A DNA stretch of 64,000 nt from Mobula hypostoma (Eukaryota), in assembly GCF_963921235.1 (NCBI RefSeq), contig NC_086097.1, forward strand, positions 112,036,001-112,100,000, given 5' to 3'. The notes under the pieces were generated by a model. The model was not told the DNA's origin. It did not search any database and saw only the letters and a list, made by a program, of their open reading frames with translations. Positions 35,525-47,000 of the stretch are shown here, one piece after another (position 1 is the first letter of the stretch; every line of letters begins with the position of its first letter). The position numbers and the translations under genes were made by a program.

Positions 35525-37698
35525 GGCAAATGACACTTAAAGGATTGACGGTGGATATGCAATGGTAAGCATTTAAAGGTTGCATGGATGAACTACAACA
35601 ATTGTTCATCCCAGTTTGGCAAAAGAATAAATCAAGGAAGGTAGTGCACCCGTGGCTGACAAGAGAAATTAGGGATAGTATCAATTCCAAAGAAGCAGCA
35701 TACAAATTAGCCAGAGAAAGTGGCTCACCTGAGGACTGGGAGAAATTCAGAGTTCAGCAGAGGAAGACAAAGGGCTTAATTAGGAAGGGGAAAAAAGATT
35801 ATGAGAGAAAACTGGCAGGGAACATAAAAACGGACTGTAAAAGTTTTTATAGATATGTAAAAAGGAAAAGACTGGTAAAGACAAATGTAGGTCCCTTGCA
35901 GACAGAAACAGGTGAATTGATTATGGGGAGCAAGGACATGGCAGACCAATTGAATAATTACTTTGGTTCTGTCTTCACTAAGGAGGACATAAATAATCTT
36001 CCAGAAATAGTAAGGGACAGAGGGTCCAGTGAGATGGAGGAACTGAGCGAAATACATGTTAGTAGGGAAGTGGTGTTAGGTAAATTGAAGGGATTGAAGG
36101 CAGATAAATCCCCAGGGCCAGATGGTCTGCATCCTAGAGTACTTAAGGAAGTAGCCCAAGAAATAGTGGATGCATTAGTGATAATTTTTCAAAACTCGTT
36201 ATATTCTGGACTGGTTCCTGAGGATTGGAGGGTGGCTAATGTAACTCCACTTTTTAAAAAAGGAGGGAGAGAGAAACCGGGGAATTACAGACCGGTTAGC
36301 CTAACGTCGGTGGTGGGGAAACTGCTGGAGTCAGTTATCAAGGATGTGATAACAGCACATTTGGAAAGCGGTGAAATGATCGGACAAAGTCAGCATGGAT
36401 TTGTGAAAGGAAAATCATGTCTGACGAATCTCATAGAATTTTTTGAGGATGTAACTAGTAGAGTGGATAGGGGAGAACCAGTGGATGTGGTATATTTGGA
36501 TTTTCAAAAGGCTTTTGACAAGGTCCCACACAGGAGATTAGTGTGCAAACTTAAAGCACATGGTATTGGGGGTAAGGTATTGGTGTGGGTGGAGAATTGG
36601 TTAGCAGACAGGAAGCAAAGAGTAGGAATAAACGGGACCTTTCCAGAATGGCAGGCGGTGACTAGTGGGGTACTGCAAGGCTCAGTGCTGGGACCACAGT
36701 TGTTTACAATATATATTAATGACTTGGATGAGGGAATTAAGTGCAGCATCTCCAAGTTTGCGGATGACACGAAGCTGGGTGGCAGTGTTAGCCGTGAGGA
36801 GGATGCTAAGAGGATGCAGGGTGACTTGGATAGGTTGGGTGAGTGGGCAAATTCATGGCAGATGCAATTTAATGTGGATAAATGTGAAGTTATCCACTTT
36901 GGTGGCAAAAGTAGGAAAACAGATTATTATCTGAATGGTGGCCGATTAGGAAAGGGGGAGGTGCAACGAGACCTGGGTGTCATTATACACCAGTCATTGA
37001 AAGTGGGCATGCAGGTACAGCAGGTGGTGAAAAAGGCGAATGGTATGCTGGCATTTATAGCGAGAGGATTCGAGTACAGGAGCAGAGAGGTACTACTGCA
37101 GTTGTACAAGGCCTTAGTGAGACCACACCTGGAGTATTGTGCGCAGTTTTGGTCCCCTAATCTGAGGAAAGACATCTTTTCCATAGAGGGAGTACAAAGA
37201 AGGTTCACCAGATTGATTCCTGGGATGGCAGGACTTTCATATGAAGAAAGACTGGATGAACTGGGCTTGTACTCGTTGGAATTTAGAAGATTGAGGGGGG
37301 ATCTGATTGAAACGTATAAGATCCTAAAGGGATTGGACAGGCTAGATGCAGGAAGATTGTTCCCGATGTTGGGGAAGTCCAGAACGAGGGGCCACAGTTT
37401 GAGGATAGAGGGGAAGCCTTTTAGGACCGAGATTAGGAAAAACTTCTTCACACAGAGAGTGGTGAATCTGTGGAATTCTCTGCCACAGGAAACAGTTGAG
37501 GCCAGTTCATTGGCTATATTTAAGAGGGAGTTAGATATGGCCCTTGTGGCTACGGGGGTCAGGGGGTATGGAGGGAAGGCTGGGGCGGGGTTCTGAGTTG
37601 GATGATCAGCCATGATTATAATAAATGGCGGTGCAGGCTCGAAGGGCCGAATGGCCTACTCCTGCACCTATTTTCTATGTTTCTATGTTTCTATGTTT
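35525..37698 (+). mobile_element. Young 5'-truncated CR1 LINE inserted in LTR2
   Basis: LTR2 breaks at ggtaact| and resumes at |cttgcctcg; (TTCTATGT)n tail; no TSD, ACT microhomology. Confidence 0.96.
35584..37596 (+). CDS. CR1 ORF2 RT and C-terminal domain, uninterrupted 670 codons (no endonuclease; not autonomous)
   Basis: NYRPVSLTS, YLDFQKAFDKVPH, QGSVLGP, FADDTK, LYKALVRPHLEY. Confidence 0.85.
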   Translation: MDELQQLFIPVWQKNKSRKVVHPWLTREIRDSINSKEAAYKLARESGSPEDWEKFRVQQRKTKGLIRKGKKDYERKLAGNIKTDCKSFYRYVKRKRLVKTNVGPLQTETGELIMGSKDMADQLNNYFGSVFTKEDINNLPEIVRDRGSSEMEELSEIHVSREVVLGKLKGLKADKSPGPDGLHPRVLKEVAQEIVDALVIIFQNSLYSGLVPEDWRVANVTPLFKKGGREKPGNYRPVSLTSVVGKLLESVIKDVITAHLESGEMIGQSQHGFVKGKSCLTNLIEFFEDVTSRVDRGEPVDVVYLDFQKAFDKVPHRRLVCKLKAHGIGGKVLVWVENWLADRKQRVGINGTFPEWQAVTSGVLQGSVLGPQLFTIYINDLDEGIKCSISKFADDTKLGGSVSREEDAKRMQGDLDRLGEWANSWQMQFNVDKCEVIHFGGKSRKTDYYLNGGRLGKGEVQRDLGVIIHQSLKVGMQVQQVVKKANGMLAFIARGFEYRSREVLLQLYKALVRPHLEYCAQFWSPNLRKDIFSIEGVQRRFTRLIPGMAGLSYEERLDELGLYSLEFRRLRGDLIETYKILKGLDRLDAGRLFPMLGKSRTRGHSLRIEGKPFRTEIRKNFFTQRVVNLWNSLPQETVEASSLAIFKRELDMALVATGVRGYGGKAGAGF

Positions 37699-37749
37699 CT
37701 TGCCTCGTCTCGCCTTCAGTCTTGTCCTGGAGCCAACCCGTACCTAGCT

Positions 37750-38227
37750 CCATTCCTGTCCCTTGCCTCCGTCAGGTAAGTCAGGCTGTCTTGCCATTAC
37801 CCTGCGGCTGGTTCTGTCCCTTCCTGTCCCTTGCCTCCGTTGGGTAAGCCAGGTCTTCTTGCCGTTACCTGCAGTTGGTTCTGTCCCTTCCTGTCCCTTG
37901 CCTCCGTTGGGTAAGCCAGGTTATCTTGCCGTTACCTGCGGCTGGTTCTGTCCCTTCCTGTCCCTTGCCTCCGTTGGGTAAGCCAGGCCGTCTTGCCGTT
38001 ACCTGTGGTTGGTTCTGTCCCTTCCTGTCCCATGCCTCTGTCGGGTGGTGATCCGCGCCCTGCCCAGGAGGAGCCTGCCTAGCCTCAAGCCTGAAGACTC
38101 CAGCCTCCTGCCTAGCCTCAAGTCTGAAGACTCCAGCCTCCTGCCTCCTGCCAAGCCTCATCTCTAGCCTCTAGCCTCAAGCCTGAAGACTCCAGCCTCA
38201 TCCTGCCTGCCTGCCAAGCCTCGTCTT
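37750..38227 (+). repeat. Same two minisatellite arrays within LTR2, different copy numbers
   Basis: ~57-bp unit x5; second unit x3. Confidence 0.9.
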
Positions 38228-39473
38228 TGCCTAGTTCTGGTGGCTGAGCCAGAGGCAATACCCAGCTACTGGGTCCTTGTCCAGTCTCAGGCTTGGAGTC
38301 CAAGCCCGGGCTCCTTGCTCTCTTGTCCAGTTCTGCTCCGGGTTCCCGGTTTTCGTGTCCATGTCCTTGCCCTCACCCTGTATCCTAGTCCTGTCCCTAG
38401 TCCTTCAGTGTCTGTGTCTTGCAGTTGGGTCCGTTCCCAGCCACCTCCTTGTGTCACTCACATTTTTACAAGATATACTATATTTTTCCATTTAGCTGAC
38501 CTATCTATTATTCCCTTGTGGAATATTTTTTGTCATTCTTAAAATGACTTTGTCTGCTATATTTGCATCATTAGCAAATATGTATGCTACATGCTTGGTC
38601 ATATCCATAAGATCATAAGATGTCGGTGCAGATCTAGGCCACCAAGTCTGCTCCGCCATTCAATCATGGCTGATGTTTCTTTCAGCCCCATTCTCCTGCC
38701 TTCTCCCTGCAACCTTTAACTCCTTTAACAATTAAGAACTTACGAGATTCTACCTTAAATACACCTAATGACTTGGTCTTCTCAGCCTTCCGTGACAGTA
38801 ACTTCAACAGATTCACCACCCTTTGGCTGAAGAAATTCCTCCTCGTGTCCTTAATGTAAGTTTTAAACAGTTGAAGCAGAAATCACCATAGTACTTCAAT
38901 ATTACCTTTCTATCAATATCACAGCTTTTGACTTGTTGCATGTATTTTTTGTGGCTCTTTGTCAACTGCCTTTTAGAAATCCAACTATACCATAGCAACG
39001 ATTTTCTCGTTATCCACACTGAAAGCTACATCCCCAAATATCTCTAACATACGTGTCAAATATACTGTCCCATTCTGTCAAGCATGTTGACTGCCTAATC
39101 TTCTTACTATTTTCTCAGAGTCCTGTTCCATAATAATAAACTACAGAATATCTCAATCGCAGATGTTACACTAACTCGCGTATTTCCCTCCTTATTTTCT
39201 CTCTAGCTCCTTTCTATAATAGAACAGTTACATTTATGGTGTTCCAATTATTGGGATTCTTTCAGAATCCCAGGAATTCACAGCCTACACATTACTTATC
39301 TCCACTAGGAAGGAGGTCAGGTCAGCTTTCATGCCTATTGGTTTACCCAATTGTATTTCTCCAGTGACAATGTCTTCCCTCCATTTTGCCTCTTATTTTC
39401 ATCATATGGTGGGTGTTTTGGTACCTTCTACAGTGAAGTCATCTACAAAATGCTTGTTTAACATCTTGTCATT

Positions 39474-40035
39474 TAATAGACAATAGACAATAGGCGCAGT
39501 AGTAGGCCATTCAGCCCTTTGAGCCAGCACCACCACTCACTGTGATCATGGCTGATCATCCACAATCAGTACCCTTTTCCTGCCTTCTCCCCATATCCCT
39601 TCACACTACTATCTTTAAGAGTTCTATCTAACTCTTTTTTTGAAAGAATTCAGAGAATTGGCCTCCACTGCCTTCTGAAGCAGAGCATTCCACAGAACCA
39701 CAACGCTCTGTGTGTAAAAGTTTTTTCCTCAATTCCTAAATGGTCTAAATTGTCTACCCCTTATTCTTAAACTGTGGCCTCTGGTTCTGGACTCCCCCAA
39801 CATCGGGAACATGTTTCCAGCCTCTAGCATGTCCAATCCCTTAACAATCTTATATGTTTCAATCAGATCCCCTCTCATTCTTCTAAATTCCAGTGTATAC
39901 AACCCCAGTTGCTCCAATCTTTCAACATATGACAGTCCCGCCATATTGGGAATTAACCTCGTGAACCTACGCTGCACTCCCTCAATAGCTAGAATGTCCT
40001 TCCTCAAATTTGGCGACCAAAACTGCACACAATAT
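39474..40035 (-). mobile_element. CR1 LINE 3' end
   Basis: ORF 39729..40028 QFWSPNLRKDILAIEGVQRRF; (AATAGAC)n tail on + strand. Confidence 0.9.
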
Positions 40036-40974
40036 TCAATATTTACTTATAGATTTTCCTTCCTCAACTTCTAATTGTGGTATTCTTCCTTCTCGTGTAC
40101 TCATAGGTCTTCCTGTTCCTTAAAAAGATACTTCCATATTTCAGCTTCTTCTGCTTTATCGTTTTTTTAGTGTAAATGATTGACTTGTTGTCCTTCTCTA
40201 AAGTGTTTTCAAATTCTTGGAAGGTTTTACTGCTTCAGAGCCATTATACAAATATCAGTTGTTGGTGCATGTTTCCAATCAGACATGAGGAATCTCTTAT
40301 ATCACTGCTAGTTAAGGTTCTTTGATGTTGTGGTGTTCTCCGAGCTTGGCAATTAGCTTGTAGACATTTCATATATTAAGGTACTCTTCCAATATGGTTT
40401 GGAATGAAATTCAAGGATCTGGACCAAATAACAATAAGAATACAGCAATAGATTTCTACATTAAGATAGTACATAACAGGAAGAAAATCAGAATTTGAAG
40501 GTGTTCCCATGTGGTTGCTGCCACTCTCTTTTCTAATTAAATAGATTGTTGGTTTGTGGAACTTCAATATGTCAAACAGCATCTATGGAGGGAATTAGAT
40601 AGTTAACGTTTTTGGGTTGAGACTCTTCATCTGAATTCTCCAGCTGAAGGGTTTCGACTTGAAATGTTGGCTGTCTATTTCCCTCCACAGCTGCTGCCGG
40701 AGACCATTGACTTTCTCCAGCAGTTTAGGTTTTTATTGTTCATTGAGGAGTTTGGGGGGTTGCTGTCAGAGTCTAGGAAGGAAGGGCAGTTATGTACTTA
40801 TGTACTTCACAGTTAATCAACATGAGGATAATTTGGCCACAAAGGCAGGTGTCCATTTTGATAGAAGATTCATAACTAGAATGATATCTCAGTAAGTGAC
40901 AATGGAAGTAACGTTTCTCATCACTTGTCCAACTAAATGGGCAAAACTCACTAAAAACACGAGAGAGCCGATGA

Positions 40975-41330
40975 TGGAAATCCAAAGCAACGTATACAGA
41001 ATGCTGGGGGAGCTCTGTGGGTCAGGCCACTCCTATGGAAAAGAGTAAACAATCGACGTTTCAGCCAAGAACTTCCTTCAGGACTGAAAAAGAAGGTGGA
41101 AGGCACCAGAATAAAAAGGTGGGGGAGGGAAAGGAGGACAACTAGAAGGTGATAGGTGAAGCCAGGTGGGTGGGAAAGGTCAAGGGCTGGAGAAGCAGGA
41201 ACCTAATGGGAGAGGAGAGTGGACCACAGGGGAAAAGGGAGGATGAGGGACTCAGAGGGTAATGATAGGTAGGTGAGAAGAGGTAAGAGGTCAGAGTTGG
41301 GAATAGAAGAAGAGGGGAGTGGGAGCAATA
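40975..41330 (-). mobile_element. Old PLE pseudo-LTR relic
   Basis: Similar to 8560-8950; degenerate hammerhead at 41051-41086 (CTGAAGG). Confidence 0.7.
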
Positions 41331-41524
41331 CACCAACAGTCTATTTTACGTACTTGACAATAACTTTAAGGGAACACTGTTCTTTGGGAGAAAAGGAAAT
41401 TCAAAAGAAAGCATTGTAAATATATAAAAAAGGTCTAGATGAAACTAATGTTTATAAAATGTATGTGAGCATATTAATTTCTGATAATATAATATATAGA
41501 TTTATGTTATCATTTGCTTCTTAC

Positions 41525-41857
41525 CATGTTAGCTGCAGGATTCTGTACCTCCTCTATATTGAATAATTTGGCCCAGCGTCTTTTCTGTAAAATTTTTTCA
41601 TGCAAAAATCGCACACGGTTCTCCTCAGTCTTTTTATAAAATGATGTTAAAACTAAAATTTTCAAAATTGTAAGTTTTGCTGAAAGTAAAGCGAGTAATA
41701 ATAAGATGGCTAATAGTACAACAAGTGGAATCCATATCTTGCTTATTGATAGCGTTGGTTCAAGGATGCAGGCATCTTTAGATAAGTTAATGTCAGATGA
41801 GAAGTTCTCTTCATCTGTCTCACTGGTTTCAAAAATAGAGAAGATTCTGGTATGTTC
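41525..41857 (-). CDS. DCSTAMP: DC-STAMP second coding exon (111 codons; last TM and cytosolic tail); not in ORF track
   Basis: Acceptor ttttttaacag| at 41858. Manual translation: EHTRIFSIFETSETDEENFSSDINLSKDACILEPTLSISKIWIPLVVLLAILLLLALLSAKLTILKILVLTSFYKKTEENRVRFLHEKILQKRRWAKLFNIEEVQNPAANM. Donor ATG|gtaaga at 41525/41524. Matches the recalled mammalian CIPKP..WVPL..LKILVSASFYP..RIQYLHAKLL region. Confidence 0.93.
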
Positions 41858-42254
41858 CTGTTAAAAAAACAACAAGGTAACTACTTAATGCCAAAAGAAG
41901 ATGGTCCAGGAACTGATAGGTTGAGATTAAGGTGTGTTAGAATGTGGCAGGCCAATGCAAAATTTCTTTGGATTTCCATTATTTTAAACTTCAATAGTAC
42001 ATGTTGCCCAAGGCATCAATGAACAAATGTTTTGATGAAGGCGATCTTACAAGGAAAGTCAGCTAAGTGTTGGTCTGCAGCAATGTGATTCAGGATGATG
42101 GGTGTCACAGGATGATGGGATAGGTGGGAGGGTTGGAAGTCTAGAGCAGACCTAAGTCTGAAATCTCAGTTCTTTTCTTTCAATCTTTGAAATCTGTTGT
42201 GAACAGTTGATCCCCAGGACACCCATTACACACAGTGCCCCAACCCAAAGATGC

Positions 42255-42990
42255 TCAGGGGATTGGAAAATCAGGTTGATGTCAGATTGCAAGAGAGGGA
42301 ATTTGTTGAATGCCTATGAGATGGCTTTTTAGAGCAGCTTGTGCTTGAGCCTACTCGGGGAAAGGTTATCTTGGATTGGGTGTTGTGTAGTAACCCAGAT
42401 CTTATTAGGGAACTTAATGTGAAGGAACCCTGAGGAGACAGTAATCATAATATGATTGAATTCGTACTGTAATTTTTAGAAGAAGGAGCGTAAGTCACAT
42501 GTATCAGTATTGCAATGGAATAAAGGGAATTACAGAGGCAAGAGAGAGGAGGTTACCTTGGTGAATTGGAGGAGGATGCTGGCGGGGATGACAGCAGAGT
42601 AGAGATGGCTGAAGTTTCTGGGAATAGTTTACAAGGCACAGGATAGACACGTCCCACAGAGTAAGAAGTTCTCAAATAGCAGGGGTAGGCAACCGTAGCA
42701 GACAAAGGAAGTTAAGGACTGCATAAAAGCCAATAAAAGGGCATAAAAGGTAGCAACAGTGAGTGGGAAGTTGGATGACTGGGAAGCTTTTAAAATTCAA
42801 CAAAAGGTAACCAAAAGAGCTATAAGAAGGGGAAAGATGAAATATGAGGGCAGACTAGCCAATAATATAAAGCAGGATACTAAAAGTTTTTTTAGTTATG
42901 TAAACAGTAAAAGGGAGGTGAGAGTTGATATTGAGCCACCGGAAAATGATGCTGGTGAGGCAGTATGTCGTATGGTCTTATGGACTTAAT
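42255..42990 (+). mobile_element. CR1 LINE APE/linker fragment
   Basis: Colinear with 21755-22455; SGKLDDWEAFK..DTKSFF. Confidence 0.85.
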
Positions 42991-44368
42991 TATTTCCTGC
43001 TTTCAGTTCACTAATGAAACCTCAATTCTCATCACTATATAGCACCCCAAAATCCCATGTGCCCTACTTTTGTTTAATAACCTTATTTTCCACAACTTAT
43101 TAAGTGTTCTGACAGTCCAAATGCATCATTTCTCCTTTATTCTGCTGGTTACGACTTCAAAAAAAATCCAATAGATTTGTTAAATGTGTCTTCATTGATA
43201 AATCCTAATTAACTCTGTCCAAATATTTTACCATTTTTCAAAGGTCCCAGTTGCCGTTTCCTTAATTATATATTTTAGCATTTTATACCCTGTCAGTGAT
43301 GTTCAAGATTCAGGATTCAAACTACTTTTATTATCAAAGTATGTATAAATTATACAACCTGCTTATAGGCAGCTGCAAAGCAAGAAACCCAAAAGAAATT
43401 AAAGAAAAGACCAACCCCCAATGCGCAGAGAAAGGGAGAAAAAAACACAAGTCATACAAACAATAGGAGCGAGCAACAACAGCAGCATTCTGAACCAAAT
43501 CGAATCCTTAGATCCAAATTCCTGGAGCAGCCCAACGTAAGCCCAAAGCCTCGATATTCAGTTCATCATATTAGTGGGGCAAATCACTGCAGCCAGGGCA
43601 GTCTCACACCCTCAGCGTCGTGGAGAAAGTGTTCCCCAGTCTATCTGGGCTGGTGTTTAAATTGTCTGAACAGCGGATCGTACCTCACATTAGGACCTGG
43701 GCTCTACTGCAATGAATTGCTCTGGGTTAGAACACACTGCCCAGCAATTTGCTTCATGCCTAGATTTTGCTGCTGAAGAAGCTGTTGTCAACCTCTCCAA
43801 ATCGGCTCAGCACTTAGAGCCATCCAACCTCGCACCCGGGTTAGTTGGACAGGCAACTGAATTCTTCTGCCTTGGCTTCTCTCCGAGTCGTTCACTCCAA
43901 CTCCAAGCACGTCGATTTCGCAGTGTACCTGCATAGCTCCTCTCTCAAAATCACTTCACCTTCGCTCGCCTCTTCATTTATCTGGCCAACTGGTCTGACT
44001 GATTTCTTCTTCCTTTCTTAAATAGCAGGATTACATGAACTACTTTCCAATCTGTGGCAACGGTTTATACAAAAATGCTAAATTGAATACATGGAGAGGA
44101 AATAAAAATGCGCCAATAAAGGGTCTCAGCCCAAAACAATGGCTCTTCATTCCTCCTCCATAACTGCTACCTGACCTGCTGAGTTCCTCTTCTCATTGCT
44201 ACAAGGAGGAGGTACGGGAGCCAGAACACACACACTTAATGTTTTAAGAATAGCTTCTTCCCCACCGCCATCAGATTTCTGAAGGGATAATCAACCCAAG
44301 TATACTATCTCACTATTTATTTTTTTCTTCTTCTCCTTTTGCACTACTTATTTAATTTCTATAAAATA

Positions 44369-44392
<24 letters not shown>
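44369..44392 (+). repeat. (TG)12 microsatellite
   Basis: Direct observation. Confidence 0.95.
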
Positions 44393-44399
<7 letters not shown>

Positions 44400-44836
44400 A
44401 CATGTGTGTATTGTAATTTATAGGTTTTTATTGTGTATTGCCTTGTACTGCTGCCACAAAACAATGTATTTAATGACATACTGTGTGCCAGTGATATTAA
44501 ACCTCATTCTGATTCCTCCAAGAGGATAACTACTATGTCGTAGGGTTTAGAGGTTTGTGTGCCTCAGTGACCTGGGGAGCTATGTTGGCTGGAGTCAGAG
44601 CCTTTTACTTTCGCTCTTGGTCGGGTAACCCATGCCAAACAGGTCAAAAGGTAGAGGCCAGACTAATAGTAGGCCACCGGTCCTCCAGTTTCAGGGGTTC
44701 ATCTCCTCTCTATGAATGAATCCTTCTATATCTATATGCAATGGTATGGACAGACAGATGGAGAACCATCATTTTCGCCCTACATGCCAAAGACAAATTA
44801 AGTAATTAAGTCAGTGATTCTGATTCCTCCAGCATT

Positions 44837-45745
44837 TTCAGAATCAGAATCAGGCTTCTTATTGCTGGCATGGGTCATGAAATTTGTTAACTTAGCAGCA
44901 GCAGTTCAATGCAATACACAATATAGAAGAAAAATCAAATAAATAAATTAATTAATTAAAGTATATGTATATTGAATAGATTAAGAATCGTGCAAAAACA
45001 GAAATAATATGTTTATAAAGTGAGGTAGCGTTCATGGGTTCAATGTCCATTTAGGAATCAGGTGGCAGAGGGGAAGAGCTGTTCCTGAATCGCTGAGTAT
45101 GTGCCTTCAGGCTTCTATACCTCCTACCTGATGGGAACAATGAGAAAAGGGTATGCCCTATGTGCTGGGTGTCCTTAATAATAAACGCTGCCTTTCTGAG
45201 ACGTTGCTCCTTGAAGACGTCCTGGGTACATTGTAGGCTGGTACCCAAGATGGAGCCGACTAAATTTATGACCCTCTGCAGTTTCTTTCCGTCCTGTTCT
45301 TTCCGTGCCTCCCTCCCTCCCTCCATATCCGACAGTGATGCAATCTGTCAGAATGCTCTCCATGGTACATCTATAGAAGTTTTTGAGTGTTTTTGTTGAC
45401 ATACCAAATCTTTTCAAACTCCTAATGAAGTATAGTTGCTGTCTTGCCTTCTTTATAGCTGTATCGATGTGTTGGGACCAAGTTAGATCCTCAGAGACCT
45501 TGACACCCAGCAACCTGAAACTGCTCACTGTCTCCACTTCTGATCCCTCTATGAGGATTGGTATGTGTTCCTTCACCTTACCCTTCCTGAAGTCCACAAT
45601 CAGCTCTTTCGTCTTACTGACGTTGAGTGCCAGGTTGTTTCTGAGACACCACTGCACTAAATGGTATTTCTCGCTCCTGTACGCCCTCTCGTCTCCATCT
45701 GAGATTCTACTAGTGATGGTTGTATCATTAGCAAATTTGCAGATG
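44837..45745 (-). mobile_element. Rex1/Babar-like LINE 3' part
   Basis: ICKFANDTTI..LNVSKTKELIVDFRK..FYRCTMESIL; PSGRRYRSL; (TGATTC)n tail. Confidence 0.88.
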
Positions 45746-46489
45746 ACAAAGAGTGCATGCTTCCCTCCATTTTCAGCATCTGCAGAATGTTTTGAATTTA
45801 TAAATTGCATCCATTACCTCCACAGCTACCTCTTCGGAAGCTTCAGTGTTCAGACCATCAGATGCAAAGGATTTACTAACATTCAGGCCCATTGATTTCC
45901 CTGATTTTTAAAAAAAAATTTTGCTCATGCCATCATCTCGACCACTTTTAAGAGGGTTTATGTGTAATCTTAAAAACAGTCACAAATTATTTGTTTAATT
46001 TTACTGCCATTTCCTTATATTTCAATTATTTTTGGCATTGTAGTTTATGCATCTTTTTGTAATTCTTTTATAAATTTGCTTCTCTTTCTACATCTTGTTA
46101 TATCTTATTATTCTACAGTCCTAAGGAGATCTTAGGATCTCAGCCATCAATTACGTTATAGTTGCTGTTGAAAATCAATATTAGTAGTATAGAAAAGCCT
46201 TATATAACCAAAATTTAAACTGTAACTACTATTCCAACTCACATCTTTAAAATATGAATGATATAGAACTGATGACTGATACACTCTGCACTTGTAAACG
46301 TGCAATTTTTTACAAAATAAAATCAATTTTGGCATGTAGGATTGTGGGCAAATTTCCATCCAAATATGCCCTTGAGGAAATCTTGGTGTACCAGTTGCTA
46401 ATTTTCCATGGAGTGGAACCAGCAGGTGGTCCTGGTCTCATGCACCGTCCTCTCTTGTCTTTATAGTGGTAGAGCTCAGAGATTTTGGG

Positions 46490-47000
46490 ATGGCAGAACT
46501 TAGTCACACTCTAGGAAGGATGTTGAGACTTTGGAGAGGGTGCAGAAGAGGTTTACCAACATGCTGCCTTCTTTAGAGGGCATGGGCTATTATGAGGGAC
46601 TGGAGTGGTGGAGGCTGAGGGGAGAGGTTTACAAGACTATGAGAGGCATAGATAGTGTGGACCGGGAGTATTTGTTTTCCAGGGTAGAAGTGTCTAATAC
46701 CAGAGGACGTGCATTAGAAGTGAGAGGGGGCAGGTTCACAGGGGATGTGAGGAATAAGTGTTTTACTTAGAGAGTTGTGGATGTCTGGAATGCGCTGCTT
46801 GGTATGGTGGTAGAGGCAAATATATTAGAGGCTGTTAAGAGACTTTTAGATAGGCACACAAATGTGAGGAAGGTGGAGGGATATGAACATTATGTAGGTT
46901 GGAGAGTTCAGTGTTTGGGTGTTTTGATTTGTGTTTTAGCTGGTTCAGCACAATATTGTGGGCTGAAGGGCCTGTTTCTGTGCTGTCTTGTCCTATGCTG
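46490..47000 (+). mobile_element. CR1 LINE 3' end
   Basis: ERVQKRFTNMLP..NTRGRALEV; 3' UTR gggctgaagggcctgtttctgtgctgt. Confidence 0.85.

Larger units (their letters stand above)
33812..38456 (+). mobile_element. Non-autonomous Tf1/sushi-like (chromovirus-type) LTR element in DCSTAMP intron 3
   Basis: TSD CTCAC (33807-11, 38457-61); LTR1 33812-35041 and LTR2 35201-38456, both TGTCA...TCA; 159-bp interior with PBS, ATG GAC CCA and PPT agagggggggtac; splits an older minus-strand CR1. Confidence 0.93.

Noticed and set aside
34123..35705. Arg/Gly- or Pro/Ser/Leu-rich ORFs as host proteins
   Set aside because: Translations of LTR minisatellites in several frames; no domain similarity recognised.
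36504..37613. Long minus-strand ORFs (134 and 228 aa)
   Set aside because: Antisense shadows of CR1 ORF2.
34230..38227. Regularly spaced repeats resembling a CRISPR array
   Set aside because: Units are head-to-tail with no unique spacers, lie inside LTRs of a vertebrate element, and no cas genes are present.
41510..41524. DCSTAMP stop codon at 41510 (VRSK*)
   Set aside because: A good donor precedes it and a conserved FWFP exon exists at 29548. A minor read-through isoform cannot be excluded.
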